64,000 nt of DNA from Hydrolagus colliei. Lineage: Eukaryota. Of this stretch, positions 13,601-25,600 are shown piece by piece. Positions within the stretch are counted from its first letter, which is position 1; each line of letters starts with the position of its first letter. The translations under genes and the position numbers were made by a program. The stretch lies in contig CM068752.1 of NCBI GenBank assembly GCA_035084275.1, forward strand, positions 12,710,001 through 12,774,000, given 5' to 3'. The notes under the pieces are model-generated. The model had not been told where the DNA came from and did not search any database. It worked only from the letters and a program-made list of their open reading frames with translations.

Positions 13601-16600
13601 CATTCGTACATTTCGACAACTTTAGAAAAAATGTATGAAGCGCAAACTCGTACCAGCAATCAGCTGTGTGAGGCCACGGCATGAGGGAGGCCACTCTGGG
13701 GATCCGTACAAGAGGCAGGTAATGCTCTTCATCTGAATGACTCCTCCCCACCCCACTCACCACATAAATCATCTCCAGTAAGTGATCTCTTGATTGTATT
13801 TTTACCTTATTTATATATTTATTAAACTTTTATTTTAATTTTCAATACTAGTAGTGTTATTTTTGGTCTTTATTTAAAATTAGTGCAAGAAAATTTAGAC
13901 CAGGCGTGTACCGAAGGAACGTAACCCCTATTGATAGCATTAGGGCCTATGGTAATTTAGGTTTTGCTATCCGTTATTTCACTTAAAATTTGACTTTTCA
14001 AGAACACATCCCCGACGTTGATTGAGGAGTCCCAGTATAGCTAAGGCAGCCCAGGCTGGTTGCCATTCTCATTGTGAGAGCAGGAGAGTTAATATCAGGC
14101 ATGCGATGAGCTGTTCATAATTCTGCTAATCTCCATAAGTGTTACATATTTTGATTCCATGTTATGTAGTCAGTGATATCAATTGTTATTGATGTTGCTT
14201 CATGCTCATTAAGACCTCTTGTAAATTGTGTTTGCAAGGAATTCTCAAAGACTATGTTATTTATAATGTGAAAGTGATCTAGTCATTATGGCAGCATTAA
14301 ATTGCAGTGTAAATGTATGTAATGCATAATCATCTGAATGCTTAGAAAGGGGTGGTGGGGGGAGCCTGACCAGTATAATGTGGACTGCTATGTATGTCTG
14401 GAACTTTTAACTTTGATACCCACAAAACAAACTTTCAAGATGTGAAAAATAAGGAATTGTTTAAAAAAATTATATTTGAGATACTAGTTGGGACATCCTC
14501 CCGACATGATAGGTGGTCTACAAATGTAATTTTGTTGTTGTTGTTATAGTTCTTGCAGTTCACCTCAAAGCATGAACATCACACTGGAATTTTTTTTCTC
14601 TGGTATCTTTCTCTTTGTGGCAATGCTTTTTGTGAGTATGGGTGACGAGTGTTTGGCTGTGCAGTGGTTATCACAGCTAAGATTGTTCCAAATTTCTACA
14701 GTATCACTATTGATTGCAGAAGGGGAATTCATGTTGGGAAGACATCTGTATCTAAGTACTTCACATGATGTACCTGCAGTCACTGTCTATATTGTGCAAG
14801 GTGATGTTCCATAAATAGCTATGGTGTGAATGACTCATTTTTTCTGGAGTTTTGTGGCTCAAAATCATTTTTTTTTAAACTCCCTTCTCTTTCTGAGTAG
14901 TGCACCGACAGAACCTCAGTTTCGCCTTTTGTCTGACTAAGCTCTTCATAGTTTCTTGTTCCATTACCTGTGCTGATGATTTGTTCTCATTGCCTCTCAC
15001 CTTTTTGAGTCAGCAAATTAATCTTAATTAGTGAGTATTCAAGGAATGAATCACAAACCAACAAAAATCCATGTCCCCCTGAGCTGGAAGGAAACTTGAT
15101 CACACATTAGCACCCAAATTGTTAACCAAATTCCTGTCTATCCACCATAAAAACTTTTCTCTTACTGAGGTACCTTTGTTTTTGTTGCTCACAATTGGGC
15201 AACTGTCTGATCAGTGCACCTATTTAGGAAGAAACTAGGAGTTAGTCTAAATACCACCTGCAAAACTGGGCTATTGTTAGAGCCAGGTTCTACCATTCGG
15301 TCGGGTGGGTGATTTAATCTGTCCTGAGAACCATTTCCAACCGTGGGCCGCCTGCACCCTCCCTCCCTAGCAAGCCGACCTCTCAGGGTAGCGGCAGGAG
15401 CCAGTGGTTAGGAGGACACAGCATAGGGAGTGGAAATAATGCCGGCCGTTGCTGCAATGTGTCATTTGACTGGCAGCCAAAAGTCTGGACCACCCTGGCC
15501 TCAACAATATATCCTTCTCAAGCAGTCCATTGCACATTTTTATGATCGTTGCGTGAAAAAAATGTTTTCATCTCTAATTTGAAGTGCACACAGTATTTGT
15601 ATTTATAAAGAACATCTAAAATTATTTGTTTTAAAAATAAGTATTACTGTCAATTATTTGATGTCTGGAAACAATTTTGACTGATTTTGGAAACCTGTAG
15701 TTGGTGTTTATTAACATCTATCAAGATGGTGATGTAATTGGGATGAATCTGCAGTAATTCACTGGCCTTGAACATTGGTAGGGGAACAGTCAGCCATGAA
15801 GCCATTACATTTATTTTATGCGTAAGAGTTTTCATGTTTAGACGCAGATTATATTACTGCATTGATCTCATGAACCGCCGATGGAAAGTTACTATTTGGT
15901 TGATTTGCCATGAACTTTGGATATTGCAAATTACTGTTGATTGTTTACCTATTTATTATTCATATTTTGGGTATATCTTTGATACCAATGATCTTACTTT
16001 GTTTGAGAAAAGGCAAATTTAAAATCAGAACAAGAATAAGCAAGAAAACCTGGTAATAATGGTGATGATGATAATAATAATCCTTGCATTTGATAAAGCT
16101 CTTTATCACATTCTTCAGATGTCTCAAAGCTCTTCACAGGATATACAGTAAAGTTAATTCACTGTGTATTTTGTGGGTGAAACATAGCAGCTAATTCTTA
16201 CAACAGTATCCAAAAACAGCAATAGATTGAGGGACCAAATTTATTTTTGAGGGTTATTACCCCTGGAAAGTGATCTGCTCAAGTGGCCATTTTAGTCTCC
16301 ATAATTGACTAGCAACCGGGTTCCTATTTACTGCTAGCTAAATCGAGGTGTGTGGAGTATGGAAACCTAAGGTCCAGACAAAATAAATAAAAACAGAATT
16401 TCCTTTTGTGAATTGTACTGTTCCTTTTGTTACTGTTCTATATGTGGAGTCCTGTAGCTAGTGGTTAGAGCACTTCCTTCATAAGTGAGAGACCTGGGTT
16501 CAATTCCTGGCAGGGCGAAACCTTGGGCAAATTTCATTAAAATCATAGAATTTTACGGCACAAAAGAAGGCCATTCGGCCCATCTAGTCTGTGTCGGCTC

Positions 16601-19600
16601 TTTGAAAAGAGCAACTCAATCCCACTGCCCAGCTCTCTCCCCATTATCTAACAGACCCGTTCGCCCTAAATAAGGCAATTCTCTTTTAAAAGCTGTTATC
16701 GAATCGACCTCCACCACCTTTTCAGGCAATGCATTCCAGATTCGAACAACCCGCTGAGTAAAAAAAAGTTTCTCCTCAGCTCCCCTCTGCTTCGTTTTAA
16801 AACTATTTAAAATCTATGAATACGAGTCACAGATTCGCCGACCAGTGGAAAGAGTTTTTCCTTATTCAACCTGTTGAATCCCCTCAGATGATTTTATAAA
16901 CCTCTATTGGGTCTCCTCTCAACCTGCTCTGTTCCAAAGAGAATTAAACTAGCCTATCTAGCCTTTCCCCATAACTGAAGTCCTTTAATCCTGCTACCAT
17001 TCTAGTAAACCTTCTTTGCACCCTTTCCAATGCCTTAACATCCTTTCTATAGTGTGGTGACCAAAATTGGACACAGTACTCCAGCTGAGGCCTAACCAAA
17101 GTTTTATAGAGGTTAGTCAGCACTTCCTGACTTTTGTACACTATGCCCCTATTTATAAAGCCTAGCATCCCATATGCCTTCTTAACGACTTTGTCTACCT
17201 GTCCTGCCACCTTCAAAGAGTCACTAACACAAATCCCCAGGTCGCTCTGTTCCCTCACACCCCTTAAAATTGTACTAGCTAGCCTATATTGCCTCCCCTC
17301 ATTTCTTCTCCCAAAATGTATCACCTCACACTTCTCTGCATTAAACTTCATCTGCCATGTGTCTGCCCACTTTACCATTTCATCTATATCTTCTTGCAGA
17401 TGGTTACTATTTACTATTCTTCCTAACTTAGTATCATCTGCAAACTTGGAAACTGTGCTCCCTACACCCAAATCCAGATCATTAATATATATTAAAAAGA
17501 GCAGTGGTCCCAAAACCGATCCCTGGGGGACGCCACTGCACACTTCCCTCCAGTCTGAACAACAGCCGCTCACCATAACTTTCTGCTTTCAGTCTCTCAG
17601 CCAGTTGTGGATACACGCTGCCACTGTCCCTTTAACGCCGTGGGCCTCTACTTTCTTAATAAGCCTCTCATGCGGCACTTTGTCAAATGCCTTTTGAAAG
17701 GCCATGTAAACTACATCAACTCAACACCTAATAATAATCCCACAATTTATTTTATAGAATATTCTGCGATGCAATTTGAACAACAACAACAAAATTACAT
17801 TTGTATAGCGCCTTTCACGTCAGGAAGAAGTCCCAAGGCGCTTTGAGATGTCTAGAAGATGTGAAAAGTGCTATACTCAAATACAAGGATTACTATTGTT
17901 ATATATTGTTATATAATAACTTGTATCTGACAATCCCCACTCGCCGTCCGCTACAGCCCACCCCGTCCGCTACAGACCCCCACCCCCTGTCCGCCTAAGG
18001 CCACCCTATCTGCTACAGCATGTGTGTGTGTCTGTCTGTAACATTTCCCCAAAAAACAATTCCGTGCAATTTTTGGCAAATATTTCCACAACATTTTCTA
18101 TTGGCCCTGGTTATAACCACTGAGCTAGCTTTGCAATAAGTGTTAATATTTGATTCAGTCACCATCTCTGAACCACCACTAATGTCCATTACCTAGAATT
18201 TCTAAACTTTTATACTGGCATTTGCCATTGAGATGTTTCAACGCCATGATATGGTGCCATATCAAATGCAAGTGTTTTTATAAAATATATGATATTGCTC
18301 AGAGAGAGAAACCCATGGTGAACTTACGCAATATGTGGCACCGCACTCCACTTTCTCCAGAAAAAAAGACTCCTATGTTCTTTTATTCATAAGAATTGGC
18401 ACTGAGCAAATCTTACCATTTGGGTAATTTCCTGGTAAATGGGTTCTTAGCATTATTTACAGATTATTTTTATTTGTACAGATGGAGGGCTAGTCATTTG
18501 CATCATTACCAATTCAGACAAATTTGGCTTTGACCTCAGTGGTTTAAACAGTCTTATTCTTCAGGTTTTACATTCCCGAGTTGGAGATTTCTGAGACAGT
18601 TGAAGTATTTGATCATTTTATGGCCTGTTCTGGTGGACTTTAAAGATTTCTACTCTGTTGAAAAAGAAAAGTGAATCTCTCTTTTTCGCTCTCTGGCACC
18701 TCCCGACCTCTTCACTCCCCAATTCACCACTCGGCACCTCCAATTGGCACCACCCCCTGCTCGTCCCTTGCACTCCCTCTCCCCACCGTTGGAGGTCACG
18801 CTATCAGCCAATGTGCTCTGGAACAATCCCTCCGCCTTCCCCACTCCCCACACGAATTTGGAAGGGAAAATGAGGGCCTTCAGTCAGGCCTTGAGTTGGG
18901 CCTTGAAGTAGGCAAGGGAGAGAGCAAAGGTGAAGGGATTGTCAGATGGAGTTCCAAAGAGTGGGGACAGAGAGGCTGAAAGCTTGACCACTGACGGTAG
19001 GGCTGGTCAAGCGGGAAATATGGAGCAGGCTGTTGATAGGGTGTCAGCATGTCAGAGAGGCAGGTGGGGTCAAGGCAGTGAATGTACAAAGTACACAGTC
19101 CTCCCAACATGAAAGGGGCTATACAAATGTAATTTTGTTGTTGTTGTTTACAGTGTACTCTGAAGTGCTTCGAAGCGTCTCGATGACATGATGAGGTGCT
19201 ATATCAAATGCAAGGATTACTATAATTATTATCATATTTTGGTCATGATTGTCCGTGTATTTGACATCTTGATGCTTAAAGTGCTGTATCAAACTTAATG
19301 ATTGTGCTGTAATCTGTTTATGTTAACATGGAGTGTTTTTTTGTGACTATAAGGTATTGTTAAAAACAAAACCTTAATTGAGTACTGTTTTTTGGGACAC
19401 TCCTGTTCTCAATTGGCTGCTGTACTCCATCCAAGATTATTATTATTGTCATCTCACACATTGAAAGTCTATTGAGCATCATTTTTCTCCTGTGGTACTG
19501 TTTGCTGTTTCTTAATTGAAATGACGTAAACTAACAATTGAAATTGATCATCTTTTTCCAATTTGTAAATTAAGATTAAAATGCCACTTTGTATCATCTA

Positions 19601-22600
19601 AATTTGAACATATTTTCTTTGTTCAGAGATATCCCATGTAAGTAATTTACTGATGTTTGTGGCTGCCTCTTTGTAAATGTGCACTCTGTGTGCAGTAAAC
19701 TATGCCGTCCATTTACTAAATATAAAGGCTCATGCTATTAACATGTCTAAATGCCATTGCATCCATTCAGAGATGTACATCTCTTGCATGGATGAGAAAT
19801 GAATGTATTAAAAAAAATAACCTAAGTCTTAGAATGAAGTGTTTGAAGAGGGGTTGACCATGGTTCGGATCATGGAGATTGTGTTCCTATTTTGGAGGTT
19901 GCAGAAATGAGTAGTAGAGGTCAAGGCAATAGTGCTGCCATTTTCAGGAGTCCTGGATAGATCGAGCAATCAGTCGCTGCTCAGTGCACTCTTTCAACGT
20001 GGTGACCAGAAATGGGATCAACGGCTGACCAATTTCTATTATTTTCTCAGTGCCCCCATCGTCTTCCCTTTTCTACTCTTCCCAACTTCTTGACGAAGGA
20101 TCAAATGTGTCCGAAATGGAATGTGCTCTTCCCTGGAGGCTTAAGAAATCTAGTTATTGGGCAGTTGCTGAATTTCTTTCCCATTCGCATTCTATCCCAT
20201 TCACATGAGTTTAGGAATTGGTGCTGTTGAAACAAGTTATATCTCGTATCAATTCATTTTAAATTCACATAAACAACAACAACAAAATTACTTGTATAGC
20301 GTCTTTCACGTCAGGAGGATGTCCCAAGGCACTGTACAGTTACTGCTTCAGACTCAAGCTGAGGCCAGATGGGGAGAAGGGGGGGACTAGGAGTTGCCGA
20401 TGGGTCCATCGAAGAGGAAAGTCTTGAGGCGCGACTTGAAGGAGGTCAAGGAGGGGGCGAGGCGGAGGGACTGCGGGATGGAGTTCCAGAAGTTGAGGGC
20501 AGAGTAGCTGAAGAGACTCGCCCACCAATGGTAGGGCGGGTGGGGCGGGGTATGTGGAGCAGGCCAGAGCCTGCTGAGCGGAGGGGGCAGATAGATTGGT
20601 AAGGGGATAGGAGGCCACAGATGTAGGGTAGGGCGAGGTTGTGGAGGGCTTTAAATGTGAGGACCAAGATCTTGAATTGGATCCTCTGGATGATAGAGAA
20701 CCAATGGAGTTGGGCGAGGATGGGGGACATGGGGTCACTGAGCTTGGAACGGTAGAGGACACGGACCGCAGAGTTCTGGATTATCTGCAGCCTGTGGAGG
20801 GAGGAATTTGGAAGGTCGACCAGCAGGGCATTTGCATAATCGAGCCAGGATGTAATGAAGGCGCGGATGAGGGTTTCAGTGCCTTTGGGGGCGAGGTAGT
20901 GACGGAGTCAGGCAAGTGGCGGAGATGGGGAAAGGTAGAGTGAGTCATTCCTTGGATCTGGGGGAGGAAAGACAGTTGAGGGTCGAACAAGACACCAAAA
21001 AGAAAACAAAAAGAAACAGTCAATCTCCTGAAACTCCATCAGCATGGTCGAGCCCTCCACTCAACCGACACTGGCCTACTTCCTGTTATCTGCCACACCT
21101 TTGTTTTTCAGGTTTTCAATGTATCATGCCCCAATCTTTGAAACTCCATCCTGGCGTCTTTTTTACTCGCCCCCTTCCCCTTGTGTCGGTCAAAGTACAG
21201 CCGCCGCCACCCTTCCCAATCTTTCTCTTGAACTGTGGTTTTGGCCATTTTTCTCCACTCCCTGTTTGTGTAAACCTCAGATTATCTATTACCTTGGGAC
21301 TTCTTCCTGACATGAAACACGGTGTATCAATGTAAATTTCTTGATATGCAACACGCTATATCAATGTGTCATTACACCTTCTGTGTGTGTGTCTGTGTGT
21401 GTCAGACAGTCTGTCCACTGTGCTTTGAAGATCAAGGGGCCTATCAAGAATAATCACTTTGTGTACTATTTTGAGTAAATTTACAATTCCTGGTGCAGAA
21501 ATCTCCCTGTGTAGGCAATTCTGCTGTGTTTTATTTCCCTTCTCCCAGTGATTTTGATTTTAATTTTTTTGTGCTGTATACTCCCGCCTCTCCTGTTACC
21601 TGACCTAGTTTCCCTGCCAGTACATTGTACAGGACTGTACGTAATAAGCTCACCACCATGTTGGTTACTGTGCCTGACCCAGGATGATTGGAGAGGCACA
21701 ATCCATTTGAGTGTAGCTGCACTAGTACTTTTATTGTTTTGTTATAAAAGTATAATGCCAAAAGCAGGTACTGAAAGCATCAAACCAAGCTCTGGGTAGA
21801 GATTGCAATTTTCGCTATTTAGGCCAAACTAGAGGTCAGCTCCATTAAGTAGAATTCATATGTTGTTTGAATTCTATATTAAGCCTATTTTCTATGCTAC
21901 ATCCTTTACCACTTTAAAAATATTGATGCCTTTTGTCTAATATGTTCAAACATCATTGGAATCTGACTGTGCAAAATGTGTGCAATATTCCTAAATGTTT
22001 ATTTTCACTGTCTAATTGAATGCCTAATTTTGTTTTATGTGCTGAGGTTGCTACAATAGCCTAAATCAAAGTGTTTTAGGGTTAAAATTATTGTATTGAT
22101 TTTGGTTTGAAGTGTAATCTAATTGTCCATTATATTCCTTTTTTTTCATTCCAACCAATGAACCCAGCTCACTAACGGACCTGCTTCTTTGATCGTCTCC
22201 CGGAAGCGGCCTTCAGGGAACTACGAAAAGGAGAAAGACTTGTGCATTAAATATTTTGACCAGTGGTCTGAATCTGATCAGGTGGAATTTGTGGAGCACC
22301 TAATCTCACGGATGTGCCACTATCAGCATGGACACATTAACTCTTACCTGAAGCCTATGTTGCAGCGGGACTTCATCACTGCATTGCCAGGTAGGACACT
22401 GTCAAGTGCATGTATTTATCAACAGTGCTGATTGAGGGTTACTATTTTATAGGTAAAAGTAGACATGACGATTGTCATAATAATCCAGGCAGGTCAGGGT
22501 GAAACCATGGGCAAGTTTCCTTACTCCACACGCCTAATAATAATCCATCCGAAAAAAAGACTTATCAAATTCGACATTTCAGTCCACGACTGTTTGTGGG

Positions 22601-25600
22601 ACAATGCTGTGTGCGAATGGCTGCTGCGTTTTGCCCACAAATATACAGTCAATTCACTTTACAGAATATTCTGCGAGGTGCTTTGAACAACAACAAATAA
22701 GAATTACATTTGTGCAGCCCCTTTCAAGTCGGGAGGAAGTCCCAATGCGTTTTGAGATGTCTAGAAGATGTGAAAAGCACTATATTCAAATGCAAGGATT
22801 ACTACTGTTATATAATAACTTGTATTGAGTGCATGCAGGATAATTTGGCTTATCTTCATTTTGTATCAAATGGAAGAATTATTATATGGTATAACCTAGA
22901 CTAATAGTAAAGTACAGCCAGCAATATTTCAGTAGAGTCCACTGCAGCCCTCCCCTCCACCGCTCCCCGCAACTGCCACAGCCCCTATCTGCTACAGCCC
23001 CCCGCCCCCCCTCCCCGGTCTGCTACAGCCCGCCCCTCGATTCACTTTATAGTGTACTCTGCAGTGTTTAGAGACGTCTAAAAGACGTGAAAAGCGCTAT
23101 ATCAAATGCAAAGGTTATTGTTATTATAAGATGATGCTCCCAGAGCTAGGGTCTGTAGTACAAAGGGCACTGCTGACGATAGCCTCCTCAGCCTGGCTCA
23201 TCAGCATGTTTTGGAAGGGCAGACTGACCATGGGGTGGGGGCAGGGATTCTTCCAACTCAGCTCCTGTTAACCCTGCGAGTCAACACTCTGATGGGCAGG
23301 GTGGTCCTCATTAGGTAAGCAATGGGAAGCTGGACAAGCAGCAGGAAGCTTGCCAAACCATGCTTTCAATGCAACGCAATGTAGTTTTAGCTAGTTAAAT
23401 CCAGCACTATCCCTATTACTATTATAAACACTCCGGGATCCCTAAGCTATGATCCAAGGGGCACCTAATACTCTCTGTAATTAAATAAATTGGTCATTTG
23501 CTTAATAGCTGTTTCCAATCCGGCTGAGACATTTAACAAACAAAGAGTCACTAGGCTTCACAGCAGAATTCTGTGGTAGGCATATGCTTATGTGTTTTAC
23601 GTATGTGCATGTTCACAATTGCAGTGTTTTATCATGTTTGCCTGTCAGTGCTCAAAATCTTTCTACTAATAATTTTTCTATTTGATATAATGGTCTTTAA
23701 TAGCAACTCTTTACCACTGTAACATGCAGTAACTAGTTTTAGGCAAACAAGGCAGCCATTTTGAGCACAGCAAGGTCCCACAAACAGCCATGAGGTATAA
23801 ATAATCTATCTTCTACGATTAGTGTCACAGAACTTTCAATGTCCACCTGAGCCAAAGGAACCTCTGTTTAACATCTCATCCAATGTAAGGCTCACCCAAC
23901 AATGTATCACTCCCCCCCCCCCCCCCCCATACTCCATTCGATATTAGTCTGCTGATGAGATGAAGTCCCAGTGTATGTTTTGAGCCTGTGACTGATTCTA
24001 AGGCAAGAGGCTACCATTTGAACCAACCTGACTGATTCCCTAAGGTGGTTAGAGTAATACGTGCTATGCAATGTTACCTGCATGAATGGTACTATTTAAA
24101 TGCAAATTGTTCTTGATGTTGTAATAAACCAGAAAATCAGGACTCATTTTTTCCCCTATAAATGTTGTTTGTGTATTGAAAGGAGAAAGTCTAATCTTGA
24201 TACAGTACTTCTGAGACATGATATTTCTGGAATGACCTCAAAGTGTTTGTTCATGTGAGAAGAAGATTGAATTGTTGCTAAGCTTTCTTCTATTTGTTTT
24301 TATTTAGTATTGAATTGAGGGGGGAGGGGAAATGGGATAAAATATTACAAAATCTCATCCATATTGAGCATGTCTGGGATTGGGTAAATTCAGGTTGTGG
24401 TTTTGGATTTGTTCTCCCCAAACTCCACGACACACACTCTTGCCTCACTCTGAGACTGCAGCTTGTCATGTAGGTGAGGTATACACACAGATGAAACGTT
24501 TTTCTCAATCCTCAAATCAAGTACTTTTCATGTATTTTTTAAACAAATACTTTTTGTGGAGTTGAAGTGAATACTTTGGACGTGCTTGATGGTGTGCAGT
24601 GCTACAGTTTAGGGACCAAGAGCTGACTGTTTCCCCGCTGTTTACTGCTATTTGTTCAAGATCTTGGTTCTCACCTTCAAAGCATGGCCTTTCAACCCCC
24701 TACTTCTGCAACCTCCGAACCCTATCCAAACTGCCCACATCCTCCTCTCAGCAGGCTCTGACCACCATTGGCAGGCAGGCCTTCAGCCACTCTGACTCCA
24801 CCTTCTGAAACTCAACTCAGAGTCTTCAAGACCTGTCTCAAGACCCTCCTCTTCAATCGTATCCTCCCCGATCCCAATCCCCAGTTCGGGTCAGAAACAC
24901 TGATTGTCCAGCACCTTGTGCATCCCTCTGACATGAAAGGTGCTATACAAATGTAATTTTGTTGTTGTTTGTTGGGCCTGCATGATGATGATAAATTCGC
25001 TCCAGCCTTCATAGCATAGGAAAAGCGAAAATAATAATTTATGTGATGTTCAAGAGTTCTATCCAACAGCTGTGGAACTGCACTCCAGGAAGAAGAGACT
25101 GAGTGGGAAGAACATTTTTAATTTCACACATCAATTCTTGTTTTAGAAAAAAAAAGTGTTTTGAACAAAACATCTTCCTCCCTAGATTTCATCATCCATT
25201 AAGGCAGTGGGGGGTCTAAGCTTTTGACTGCTGAGGGCTGGATTCCCTATTTGAGACATGTCCAGGGATATATGTTCAAGCAATATGTTTCTTTCTTTTC
25301 CAGAAACATAACATTTGCATAGCACATGTTTCACATTGGAAAAATATCTCAAAGCACTCAGCTGGGCATCTTTTCCTGGGGTGGGAGCTAGTGATGGGGA
25401 GGGGGAAAGATACAATTTGTGTTTAGATAGAGCCTCTCATGCAGGGTAGGATCTCGGAGCACCTGACTGTGTGGTGGAGCCTAATGCTAGGCCAGAAGAT
25501 AGGAGTTCTGATTGCAAGCATGGTTGAAAAGGAAGGTCTTCAGGTGTCACCTGAAGATGGGGAAAAGAGGGAGCAAGGTGGAGGGATTGAGGGAGAGAGT

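Noticed and set aside
15250-15500. hAT-Charlie-like element ending aagtctggaccaccctgg
   Set aside because: Only one terminus is suggestive; no matching left TIR or TSD was found.
16944-17576. Reverse transcriptase as a novel retron-like or domesticated gene (also 28753-29451)
   Set aside because: These are ordinary 5'-truncated CR1 and L2 ORF2 fragments with LINE tails and multiple related copies.
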